Shown here piece after piece: positions 46,130-55,749 of a DNA stretch of 64,000 bases. The stretch lies in the sequence record PX880100.1. One strand, given 5' to 3'. Position numbers and translations under genes: made by a program. The notes below the pieces were generated by a model. It was not told the origin of the DNA. It was given only the letters and a program-made list of their open reading frames with translations, and ran no database searches. Source of the DNA: a phage. How positions within the stretch are numbered: the first letter of the stretch is position 1; each line of letters opens with the position of its first letter.

Positions 46130-46412
46130 CTATATTATATGGTCAAACCCATTAGCAGCACTTAGTAACAAACTATTTAAAACAACGTGGGGATATAATG
46201 AAATAGACTTAAGCAGTCGCCCAATATCAAATACATGCTCTCTAGTCCCAGATCTGTATAAAGTAGTAATAAATAGCGTAGAATATTTGGTTGACGAATT
46301 TGATAGAAGACATATACTAGAGGGCATTTATGATAACAATACATCAATGAATGAATTGATAGAACATGCCCAAATGTGTGATAAAAGCTGGATGTTAATA
46401 TGGAAGTCATAG
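46122..46412 (+). CDS. hypothetical protein
   Basis: ORF track. Confidence 0.4.
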   Translation: MSSYIIWSNPLAALSNKLFKTTWGYNEIDLSSRPISNTCSLVPDLYKVVINSVEYLVDEFDRRHILEGIYDNNTSMNELIEHAQMCDKSWMLIWKS

Positions 46413-46633
46413 CAATTATTTTAGTAATTATGTTATTCATCGTAATACTTGTATCTTTTGCTATTATGCATAGAGCCAGAGAATTAGCAGAAGATGTAGT
46501 AAAATTACGGGGTGAGTTGGCCGCTCTCAAACTACAACGTGAAGCTCTCAAGCTATTCGTAGCTCAAGGTAGCGTGGAGCATACAGCGGAAGACTTCATC
46601 ATATATCTCAAACGTTACATGGGAATCAAATAA
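46400..46633 (+). CDS. hypothetical membrane protein
   Basis: N-terminal TM helix. Confidence 0.4.
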   Translation: MEVIAIILVIMLFIVILVSFAIMHRARELAEDVVKLRGELAALKLQREALKLFVAQGSVEHTAEDFIIYLKRYMGIK

Positions 46634-46818
46634 TGGAAACTCTTTTTCTTTTAATGCTCGTAGGTTCACTGCTATTAATACTAGCACTTCTGCTAATCTG
46701 CAACATTCTTAATAATAAGAATCTAGAGTTAAAGTGTGAGAACCAAATCCTTAACCGTGAACTTAAACAATATAATCTAGCAGCCCATAAACTGTTAGAC
46801 AAACTGGAGAATAAATAA
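46633..46818 (+). CDS. hypothetical membrane protein
   Basis: N-terminal TM helix. Confidence 0.35.
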   Translation: METLFLLMLVGSLLLILALLLICNILNNKNLELKCENQILNRELKQYNLAAHKLLDKLENK

Positions 46819-47432
46819 TGTTTACACAACAACCTATTCAAGTAGTACCAGACCATGAACTGAACACATGGGATTATAGCTTTAAAGATTTAACTGCTAC
46901 TGTACAATTCAAATCTATGAAGCTAACATTTGCACACACTGACCTTAGAGCCTGTAAAGATCTTGAAAGTAAGCTCGAAGATGCTCGTAAGATTTTTGGC
47001 ACGGCTCGCATCCCGGCTGATAACCTGATTAATGCACTGATCGATGCAGGGTACAAACTTGTGAAGACTGAGGTAAATCGTCCCAGTACCCCAGTGACTA
47101 TTAGAGATCCGTGGCAATCAGGGCCAATCGCAATGCTAAATAACTCCGATAAAAGATTAATGTCGGATATGCACAATGTTCCTTGTGGGGGTGTGATAAG
47201 TAGTACGCAGTCATATAAGTTTGCGGAAGATTACGGCCCATCTGTGCAGTTAAAACATACTCAAGAAGCTTTTGAATCTGATATACGAAGCGCAGCACCT
47301 GCGGATGCTGGAGTTTCTAGGAGTTCTGTTTGTACTACTCATTTTAATAATCCTAGTAAACATGGAAGTTTAGAGGATGCTATTATGGAGGCGTTAGGAG
47401 CTGCTCTTAATGAAGATAAGAGAGGTAATTAA
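46818..47432 (+). CDS. hypothetical protein
   Basis: ORF track. Confidence 0.45.
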   Translation: MFTQQPIQVVPDHELNTWDYSFKDLTATVQFKSMKLTFAHTDLRACKDLESKLEDARKIFGTARIPADNLINALIDAGYKLVKTEVNRPSTPVTIRDPWQSGPIAMLNNSDKRLMSDMHNVPCGGVISSTQSYKFAEDYGPSVQLKHTQEAFESDIRSAAPADAGVSRSSVCTTHFNNPSKHGSLEDAIMEALGAALNEDKRGN

Positions 47433-48322
47433 TGGGATTTTATAGTAATAGAAAACCAAAAGGTGTAACTGGTAAATTCGCAGTTGAAGAAAGACCTTTT
47501 CCACCAGTAGATGTAGAGAAACTACGTGAACTTCTAGAAATGCTAGAAGGTTGCCATGAACGTTGTTATTCTGAACTCTCTTTAAATGAGAAACGTGTTG
47601 TTGAGATGTTCTGTATTCGTTCAGCTAGAACAGCTAAAGGTACTTCTCCAAAAGATGAAGTAAAAGAATACAGAGTTCTAGTGATGCATGCTTGGGCACA
47701 ACGTTTTGCAGTTCATTCACTTCAGGAATGGTTTAATCTTCCAGCATATAAAGATTTCCATGTTTATGAAGATGAAGTTATGAATTATAATGAGTTGTAT
47801 GGTTTGTCTTTCAAAAAGACAGGCTCACCGATGCATGATGCACTCAATTCATTCCCTGATCATTACCTTCCAGTTCGTGAATACAGAGATCGTGAAGGAA
47901 ATAAACCCTGCTTCACTATTTGGAACAAGTCTAAGACGATATCTGATCTAGATAATTATTGGTTCCGCACAAAAGAAGGATTCCTAGGAACAGAGCCTTT
48001 ACCTAAGGATCTCAAACCTATCCTTCCGCCTGCGAAACCTAAGCATGAAGTAACGATTGCTATTAATAGAATAATTCTAGGAGCAGATGATCTTACTAAA
48101 CAAATCGCCGCAGTTATCGCAGTTCTATTTGATGGTACAAATTCTTCTGCACGTTATGAGAAGCTAACAGGTAACAAATTGCAGATACCTAACGAGTTAT
48201 ATGAGAGTTCGTGCAAGATCTATGATAATTTTAGTAAAGTAGATTACCCCGTGAGGTCCATCAAAGAACTCATGGAGTATGCGGAGATGGGGATGAAAGG
48301 AAATCTCATGTTCGATGAATAA
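47432..48322 (+). CDS. hypothetical protein
   Basis: ORF track; last early-type gene before repeat region. Confidence 0.45.
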   Translation: MGFYSNRKPKGVTGKFAVEERPFPPVDVEKLRELLEMLEGCHERCYSELSLNEKRVVEMFCIRSARTAKGTSPKDEVKEYRVLVMHAWAQRFAVHSLQEWFNLPAYKDFHVYEDEVMNYNELYGLSFKKTGSPMHDALNSFPDHYLPVREYRDREGNKPCFTIWNKSKTISDLDNYWFRTKEGFLGTEPLPKDLKPILPPAKPKHEVTIAINRIILGADDLTKQIAAVIAVLFDGTNSSARYEKLTGNKLQIPNELYESSCKIYDNFSKVDYPVRSIKELMEYAEMGMKGNLMFDE

Positions 48323-48659
48323 ACTCTACTTGACGTTATGATTTCTGCATGTTATAATAACTCTATGAAATAACATAGAATAAAGAGATCCACCCGGATA
48401 CGGATAGTGGATGGGAAACTTCTATTTCCCCCGTAGCTTGTCGGAGGGCTAGGGAAATCTTAAGAAGTTTTGTACCATCTCACGCAATTCGTATCCCAGG
48501 GGTGGAGCATCTCTTCCAATCTTTGGGGGATCTTATATTTAAATTAAAGGTAAAACTTTTGACCACATAATTTACATTCAAGATGATACACTTGTTGCCA
48601 CCGCTCTTCCTAGGATGGCACGACACTTTCTAGTAGACTCCTAAGTTTCTAGGAAAATC

Positions 48660-49398
48660 CTGTCGTATTTGCACATATTATAGGGCAGTTTCTCTCCTGC
48701 TATAAATATCCTAGGCCGGTTTTCCTACACAGGGCGGTTATTGGGAGGGCGGTTATTTCTAGAAGACATTTTTCCAAAACACATTTCCAGAATTCATTGT
48801 CGGATTCGCACATTGTGTTTCTAGAAATTTATGGTCGGATTTGCACAATCGCCTAAGTTTTTAGGAACATATAATCTCCTGAAAATGGCAGCATTATTTC
48901 GGGCCGAAGGCCCATGATTGCCTGAGTTTTTAGAGCCACAAGAATTTTCGCTTGTCAAGCTATTTTGCCCCATTTAGCTAATAAAATTTTACCTTTTCTG
49001 CACTTATCTCAAATTAACCCAAATCTTCTCAACTCTTCCCCAAAATCCCCGCAAATCAGGTGCTCCGCACCAAACATGCACCTCTCTCACAGTTCTCTCA
49101 AATTTTTCTCGCTCTCTCAACTTCTCCCCGAACTCATACAATCACACACCCTCTAATCGAAGTCACAAAAATCTTGTCGGATTCGCACAAATAAACCCAT
49201 GTCGGATCTGCACATACTCTAGCTAATTCCACAGGATTGATGCGCAGCATCGGATTGCTGGAGTTTTTGGGAAAATTCATTGTCGGATTTGCACACTATA
49301 AAAATTTTTCGGGTCGGATTTGCACACTACCAAAAATTGTCGGATTTGCACATACACGCCCACGCGTAATCCATGGGGGCAAATGTCGGATTTGCACA
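48660..49398 (+). repeat. nine direct copies of the 15-bp motif TGTCGGATTTGCACA at irregular spacing (injection-stop-like region)
   Basis: Copies near 48660, 48798, 48834, 49175, 49199, 49280, 49312, 49338, 49384, all same orientation. Confidence 0.85.
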
Positions 49399-49441
49399 AA
49401 AGCGCAGGGCAATTGCCCTGCTCGCCTGAATGCGAATAAAA

Positions 49442-49612
49442 ATGAGAATGATTCTCATTTAAAAAGCGGAATGCGAATGATAATGATTCGTATTTAAGAA
49501 TGGAAATGAGAATTATTCAGGAAGTGAAACGATTCTCATTTAAAAAGTGGAATGATTATTAGTTACATAGTAAAACGCGAATGATAATGATTCGTATTTA
49601 AGAATGGAAGAG
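49442..49612. repeat. tandem repeats with embedded palindromes (AATGAGAATGATTCTCATT; CGAATGATAATGATTCG...)
   Basis: Two copies of each ~40-bp unit; related palindrome at 49939-49957; 18-bp palindrome GCAGGGCAATTGCCCTGC at 49404-49421. Confidence 0.8.
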
Positions 49613-49620
49613 AGAAACAC

Positions 49621-49810
49621 TATTATTTAAGTTATCCACAGACTTATTAACAGCACGATTTGACTTGACAGAATCCTAGCCATTTTGAGGCGTTATTAAC
49701 AGACTTATCCACAGCTTATCCTACTGTATAAATATACAGTATTCCTACGCAGTGAATAATTCTAATATAGCGTTAAAACGTCCTAGATCGCATTCTAACG
49801 CGTTTAATTT
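49621..49810. repeat. left ~180-bp inverted repeat with two consensus DnaA boxes (49632-49640, 49705-49713)
   Basis: TTATCCACA x2; imperfect reverse-complement match to 53280-53460. Confidence 0.75.
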
Positions 49811-50107
49811 TGTTGGGGATACTAAAACAAGGGCAAAATTGGAGGAGGCTTAGAAATTAGTTAGCTCGCTAACGATCACACAAGGCGACACGTAACACCC
49901 TAACCATTAGCAGGCTAACCATCGCGGGCGCGGTCAAATGAGAATCATTCTCATTTGAGAATTGGGGGCACTTCCCGATAGTTGCGCCCCGTGATTATTA
50001 CAGTAGTGGGCAACCGTTACGTTTTGCCCACTCCCGCCACTCATCTTGATACCTAGACTTGCGACGGCGTACTAAAAACCGTTTATACCAGTGATTAAAC
50101 CATTGTT

Positions 50108-50341
50108 TCATAAATCCTCCTCCGGTAGTCGATGCGTGATTTTTTCCTCCTCCCCGTAGGAATCCGCCAAATGCTGATAATAACCATCGTGATCATAAAT
50201 CACTTTATCATACTCGCCACGCTCGACCGCTTGCCGATTCTCCGGCGTATCGGGCACATAAAAAACATCAACCATTGTACTAGTTTTGGTCACAATAATT
50301 TTATTGCTCATAATAACTCCTAGTAAATATATTTTTGCCAA
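50108..50341 (-). CDS. hypothetical protein
   Basis: ORF track; GC-richer module. Confidence 0.4.
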   Translation of the reverse strand: MAKIYLLGVIMSNKIIVTKTSTMVDVFYVPDTPENRQAVERGEYDKVIYDHDGYYQHLADSYGEEEKITHRLPEEDL

Positions 50342-50411
50342 TAGTGGCGAACGTTATCGCCACCAGCGGAATCATTAGCTGCCTCAACATTACCAACGAA
50401 AATATATAATT

Positions 50412-50795
50412 TCATTGCGCCACCTTTCGAAACGCTGTTTCAATACTATCAGCGGTGGATTGAATATACGCGCCTTTCATTATCAGGCGCTCGGTGCACA
50501 CCTTGCGGAAAATATTAATAAAATCATCTTCATTTTCTGCAATTAACGCTTCACCCATAACCTGAACATCACAAGATGCAAAGGTCAAAAATTGAAACGC
50601 TAGTTCACGGGCAACGACCGCATTGATTTTATAATGCGCCTTGCCCTCATAAATATTAATAACGCCCTTATAAGCGGGTGAAAGCTGATTCAAATAGTTT
50701 GCTAGTAATGCCGGACGGCAATTAGCAACAAAACGATTGCCTTCATAAATAACCATTTTATAACACCCCACGAAACGCAGCGTAAAAGGTGGCAA
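50412..50795 (-). CDS. hypothetical protein
   Basis: ORF track; start uncertain. Confidence 0.4.
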   Translation of the reverse strand: MPPFTLRFVGCYKMVIYEGNRFVANCRPALLANYLNQLSPAYKGVINIYEGKAHYKINAVVARELAFQFLTFASCDVQVMGEALIAENEDDFINIFRKVCTERLIMKGAYIQSTADSIETAFRKVAQ

Positions 50796-50970
50796 AGTGT
50801 TTAACCGTTTCAGCGATCACGTTGCCGCGCTTGTCGAATTTTTTCTCAGTAACACGAAAGGCATTTTTATTACGTGCTACATATTCGATTTTACAGTCTT
50901 CACGCTCGAACGTGTTAACGTCCACCAGCTTAAAGCCTTTCGAACGTGCAAGGGAAACGTTACGAATCAT
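50758..50970 (-). CDS. hypothetical protein
   Basis: ORF track. Confidence 0.35.
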   Translation of the reverse strand: MIRNVSLARSKGFKLVDVNTFEREDCKIEYVARNKNAFRVTEKKFDKRGNVIAETVKHFATFYAAFRGVL

Positions 50971-51168
50971 TTTTATTCTCCTTTACCAGTCATGCAGCCC
51001 AGCAGATAAGAAAACGCAGCAATTACCGCGCCAATAATAACGGCGTGAACACCGAAAGCTATTGCAAACAACGATAAAATAGCGCCCAAGATACCCGCCA
51101 GAATAGCTCGAAAAATAATCATTTTTATTCTCCTAGTCAGTGGGGGATATAATATCCCCCGTTACTAA

Positions 51169-51399
51169 TTACATTAAAACAATTTTTGCAGCTTGTTTTT
51201 TAGTACAGTGTTCCGCTTTCAGCGTGTCCAGCAAAAAGCCCGCCGTTTGCTGATCGATTTTATCGGCGTTGTATAGTTCTTGGATGGTGTTATAAGTTTT
51301 AGCAATGCCGAACTCCTGCACCATTTCATGAATGATTACGCGATTAGACACCCAACCTTGAGCGGTGAACAGATGACTAGCAGAAGAGTATGCAACCAT
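51169..51399 (-). CDS. hypothetical protein
   Basis: ORF track. Confidence 0.4.
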   Translation of the reverse strand: MVAYSSASHLFTAQGWVSNRVIIHEMVQEFGIAKTYNTIQELYNADKIDQQTAGFLLDTLKAEHCTKKQAAKIVLM

Positions 51400-51503
51400 T
51401 TTAAGCCTCCAAATTTTTGGGAAATTTTCAATCCACCGTTTTGGTGTAAAGGCATTATAACAAAAAAGGCCACCATAAAAGGCGACCTTTACAAAACTTT
51501 ACA

Positions 51504-51998
51504 TTAGACTACCTGCAAGGATTCAATATTGAAACATCGTTTCAATTCGTCATGCAAGACAGCATATTCCTCCCATCGGGTACTATCAGGAATATAAACA
51601 AGCTGTTTTAGTCGATTTGCGTATATTACCGCTTTGTTACCAACTATCTCGACGCCACCATATTTAATAATTAATTTCATGACGGAATTAATAGGATCGC
51701 CGCCGTTTACATATGTGCCGGATTTACTTAACTGATAATGATAAAGACTTGCGTATACGTTTTCATTCTCATACCATTCGCCCGTTTCCTCATCCTCATA
51801 TCCATCGCTACCAAAACGAGAAGCATTATCAATAGCCATTTCGTGAGCTAAAGCGTCCAGATCCGTACCAGCAGGAACAAAATATTCCTCGGTATTCCCT
51901 TCCCCGCAATAGCCAGTATGACAATCGACTAAAATGATCATATCATGTTTAGCCGTGCTCACTTCTCCTAGCGAGAAGCCGTATTTTTCCTCAGCCAT
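51504..51998 (-). CDS. hypothetical protein
   Basis: ORF track; SD-like sequence upstream. Confidence 0.5.
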   Translation of the reverse strand: MAEEKYGFSLGEVSTAKHDMIILVDCHTGYCGEGNTEEYFVPAGTDLDALAHEMAIDNASRFGSDGYEDEETGEWYENENVYASLYHYQLSKSGTYVNGGDPINSVMKLIIKYGGVEIVGNKAVIYANRLKQLVYIPDSTRWEEYAVLHDELKRCFNIESLQVV

Positions 51999-52063
51999 TT
52001 ATTAGTCTCCTATTAGTTAACAAGGGAATAGTAAAGCGGGGAAATAATCCCCACTAGATATTA

Positions 52064-53074
52064 TTACTCGCTTTCGGTGTTAGTGGTAAAAGTAGAAATA
52101 TCGATACCTTTTACCATTTCATCAATCATTTCAGCGATGTTAAAACTTTGCACCATTTCCAGCATTGCCGCTTCCATAGCTGCGCCTGCTACCGCTTTCG
52201 CCTTTTGGTTACTCGGTGCGTACTGGTCAACCGCTACACTCAGCAGGTTGGCAATCACTACTCGACCAATAGGCGTATCGATATAACCTTTGATCATGAA
52301 CGGTGCTTTTTTAGCCGCTACTTTCGTAATTTGAGTCAGTGCAATTTTACCCGCTTCCAGTTTTGCAGCATTTACAACAGCGGATTTATTAGCGGCAACG
52401 ATGTTAGCAATCTTGGTCATGGTATTTTTTCCTTTGTTTTCAGTAGTTTGAGTATTAACATTTTGAGTGTTAGAATTTACAGCATGGTTTTCTACGCTGT
52501 CAATAATCTGATCTTCATCTTTCCAGAAAGAAAAACCAGCGCTTTCTATATCCCCATCATAAATATACGGGTATAACTCCCGTGGTAACAAAAAATTACC
52601 ATCGCCATCAAAAGCCATTATACCAGTATATTGAGATCCGTCGTTATCCGGCTTATGCCATCCAGCGGGTAAATACTTCCAGATAACATCTAAAAATCCC
52701 TCAATGCTAGAAAGTCCATTTATCAGATCAAGCCCAATAAGCTCGAAACCATTTATATTAAATGATTGACGGCCTGAATTGCTATGATACGCAACAATAT
52801 TATTACCCTGCGCAATAATAAAATCGGCATCCGGCCCCGCTCCCCTGCCTGTAAAGATATGGCAATCCCGATTATATAAAACTAGCGTTGCCCCTTGTTT
52901 ATATAACGGCAAAAAACCATCCATATCATAAGCGTCATAATCATCAAAAAAGTTTTGATGAATAGTCTCAATCTTGTTAATAAAATGTTTAATGCTGGTT
53001 GACTTGCTACCGTCCAGCAGGTTGCGCAGCGCCCCCTTTAATACGGTAGCATTATCAGGTTGATACAGCCTCAT
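52064..53074 (-). CDS. hypothetical protein (about 336 aa)
   Basis: Track ORF 52064..53242 trimmed to ATG 9 nt after GAGGGAGG. Confidence 0.5.
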   Translation of the reverse strand: MRLYQPDNATVLKGALRNLLDGSKSTSIKHFINKIETIHQNFFDDYDAYDMDGFLPLYKQGATLVLYNRDCHIFTGRGAGPDADFIIAQGNNIVAYHSNSGRQSFNINGFELIGLDLINGLSSIEGFLDVIWKYLPAGWHKPDNDGSQYTGIMAFDGDGNFLLPRELYPYIYDGDIESAGFSFWKDEDQIIDSVENHAVNSNTQNVNTQTTENKGKNTMTKIANIVAANKSAVVNAAKLEAGKIALTQITKVAAKKAPFMIKGYIDTPIGRVVIANLLSVAVDQYAPSNQKAKAVAGAAMEAAMLEMVQSFNIAEMIDEMVKGIDISTFTTNTESE

Positions 53075-53279
53075 TTGTTCGGCCTCCCTCGTTAATCGGT
53101 GAGTGAATGATATAGATATTTGTCCACTAGGGGCAAGAAAAAAGAAAATGTTTTTTATTCCTTGCCTAGCGCCTATTTTTATGCTAACCGCGCAGCGGTG
53201 CAATAAAGAGCAAACCACGGCGAAGCCACCAGGGCGACGCATTAAGGCTTTACTTTAATATTACCCCGCAGCGTTTAGC

Positions 53280-53460
53280 TCGTTAGAATGCGTTTTAAGC
53301 CGCTTAAAATTGATTGCAGTTGTTAACACTACCTTTTTACCCTGTATATTTATACAGTAGAATAACCTGTGGATAAGTCTGTGCAAAAGTCCTTATATCG
53401 CCGCCTATCGTGTCAAATTATTTTGTGCTGTGGATAACGTTGTGGATAACTTAAATGATA
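53280..53460. repeat. right ~180-bp inverted repeat with three consensus DnaA boxes on minus strand
   Basis: TGTGGATAA at 53368, 53429, 53441; reverse-complement partner of 49621-49810. Confidence 0.75.
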
Positions 53461-54180
53461 GTGGTTCTCACTTAGCTAGATGATTTCTTATAGTTATTAT
53501 TTCTCATTAATTTATATGTATATTATATATCATGAAATAATTAGTTAGCTAATGAGATTTTCCGTGATTAATAGTCAGCTAATAGTTTAGGCTGTTACAA
53601 TCCACCAGCATGATTATCATCCTAGCAATTATTAGCCTGCTATCTTTCTGATGCATACTAACAAATAAAAGTCAATTAATTTATTTCATAAAATAAGTAG
53701 TTATCCACTGGAAAATAAAAGTCAAGTGGATAACTAGGAAAATTTCATTTTTGCTTTTGGGGATAAGTTATCAACAGGGCTAGAATGCGCCTAAAACGCC
53801 CTAGAACGTGATGAAGTTTTTAGCCATCCCATCATAAGGGGATAAGCCGTTTATCGCTGCCACGAGCTTTTTAGATTTTGTCAAGTAGGGGAAAGCAAAT
53901 ATAAATGAAAAAATTACTTGCCTATTTGCTTTATTTTGTGGTATTCACGCGCCCGTTTCTTTTAATTTTAGGCCATCGCCGCACGGTGTCCGGTGAGTTT
54001 TGTCTTTACGTTTCTTTACAAAAATAAGGTTGCGCCATTTTTGGGAATCCCCTATTATTTATCACGTAGGGCGGCAATGACGAACTACACGGCGGGAAGT
54101 TTACCGCCACGCTCTTTAAAAATTGGGTACATCTTAAAGCCTATCGGCGGTAAACTTATTCATTATAAGGAATCGACGAT

Positions 54181-54384
54181 ATGAAACAAACTCTTTTGAT
54201 CACTGGTAAGCCTATTAAGGCACTAGATAGCAAAACAAAAAATTTGTTGACAGTAGCGCAAAGATCGGTAAAATATCGATTTAAGCAGTACAAGAAAGGT
54301 CGCCAGCAAGGTCTGGAAATGATCTGGCGAAATATTATGATTGACCTGAAAGAAAATCATAAAAAACTGCAAAAAATTGTTTGA
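54181..54384 (+). CDS. hypothetical basic protein (pre-early block)
   Basis: ORF track; AAGGAAT upstream. Confidence 0.4.
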   Translation: MKQTLLITGKPIKALDSKTKNLLTVAQRSVKYRFKQYKKGRQQGLEMIWRNIMIDLKENHKKLQKIV

Positions 54385-54610
54385 CAACCTAGCCGATAGG
54401 TTTTAAGATGTACCCAGTTCGATAAGAGCGATAACTTGATAAAATTTGACGGTCGGTGCTTACCATAATGCACCCCGCCCCCTAACGGGATATAGCGGCC
54501 TACGTGGAGTTCTTTAAATTGATTATAGCGGCGGGAGGATTGTTACTTATTACCTGCTACCTTCTAGCAGGTAATGCGGAACAATCCATCAAATAACTGG
54601 AGTTTATACT

Positions 54611-54862
54611 ATGCAAAACGTTATTACCGCGCCAAAAATTGGTCAATCCGTCTTTATTCCTTTCGTTACTAAAACGGATGAATTAACCGGAAAAGCCGAA
54701 CGCATTAAAGGTGCGGCGCTTATGCCGTTCGATACAATCGACGCGGTATACGCTGAAAATGAACGCAGTAACAACGGCAAGCCCGTTTTTAGCGTTCGCG
54801 TTAAATCCGGCGATGTTGTAAAGGTTGTTCAACGCAACGAAAAATGGGAAGCTGTTTTGTAA
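54611..54862 (+). CDS. hypothetical protein (pre-early block)
   Basis: ORF track; GGAG upstream; terminator hairpin downstream. Confidence 0.45.
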   Translation: MQNVITAPKIGQSVFIPFVTKTDELTGKAERIKGAALMPFDTIDAVYAENERSNNGKPVFSVRVKSGDVVKVVQRNEKWEAVL

Positions 54863-54963
54863 TTTAGTGTTAACTTTATATTCCCCTGAAATATGGGGAA
54901 TATAACGATTAACATTAAGTTAATCATTAAATCCCTTAAATTAAACTAATAGGAGTTTTTACC

Positions 54964-55371
54964 ATGACTAACGCAAAAACCGCAAAATTCGCATGGAATG
55001 AAGAAAACACTCAGAAAGCTGTTACCATGTACCAGCAGTTAATCAACGAAAACGGTTTAGATTTTGCAAATAGCGACGGCCTGAAAGAGATTGCAAAAGC
55101 AGTAGGCGCGGCCTCCCCCGTATCCGTTCGGTCAAAATTGACCAGTGCAAAAGCCTATCAAAAAAGCGATAAGCCGCGTAAAGTTGGCGGCGGTAGCTCT
55201 GTGCGTAAAGCTCACTATGTGCGAGTAATTGCAAAACACGCTATCGATTCCGGTATTATCAAAGACGCCGATGATCTGGCAAGCCTTGAAAGTGCTAAAC
55301 TGGAAACGCTGGACGCGGTGGCGCAACTGTTAGGCGTTGCCGATGAAGTAAAACAAGCCGCAGGCGAATAA
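54964..55371 (+). CDS. A2: A2-like pre-early protein
   Basis: 135 aa, upstream of A1-like gene, matching T5 pre-early layout; identity from size and context only. Confidence 0.5.
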   Translation: MTNAKTAKFAWNEENTQKAVTMYQQLINENGLDFANSDGLKEIAKAVGAASPVSVRSKLTSAKAYQKSDKPRKVGGGSSVRKAHYVRVIAKHAIDSGIIKDADDLASLESAKLETLDAVAQLLGVADEVKQAAGE

Positions 55372-55461
55372 TAGTTATACCTTGCCCCCTTCTAGTAAGG
55401 GGGCAATAATATAACTGTTTAGCGATAGTTATTTTCTTCCCTTAAATCAGGAGTTTTAAAA

Positions 55462-55659
55462 ATGGTTTTCTTTCCTACTGAATCTTTAATTCTAGGCTTA
55501 TTTATTATGGCGGCCTCGTTATTGTTCGCTTATTTTCAAAATGATTTAGATTCATATTATTTTAAGCGTAAGTCTAAATTGGCAAAGCGTTTAGGTCTGA
55601 TTTGTTTTATTGCCGCCGTTGCTTGTGGTGTTAGTTCTAGCCTTATGCCTTTAAATTAA
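55462..55659 (+). CDS. hypothetical small membrane protein
   Basis: Two hydrophobic helices. Confidence 0.4.
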   Translation: MVFFPTESLILGLFIMAASLLFAYFQNDLDSYYFKRKSKLAKRLGLICFIAAVACGVSSSLMPLN

Positions 55660-55749
55660 TGTTGCAAATTATAACGCCTATTGTTCGAGGCGTTATATTT
55701 GGCAATATTGCCATTATTAATCTAATCCCTTTAATGGAGTTTTATTACT

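Noticed and set aside
48965-49497. ORFs 48965..49156 and 49237..49497
   Set aside because: Fall in the direct-repeat and palindrome region; translations are repetitive, with no RBS or promoter.
48660-49620. CRISPR array
   Set aside because: Repeats are irregularly spaced with no uniform spacers, and no cas genes are nearby.
52077-52576. Plus-strand ORFs 52077..52286 and 52148..52576
   Set aside because: Antisense within the better-supported minus-strand gene 52064..53074.
49621-53460. Transposon or insertion sequence bounded by the inverted repeats
   Set aside because: No transposase or integrase motif (DDE, tyrosine or serine recombinase) in the enclosed ORFs and no obvious target-site duplication.
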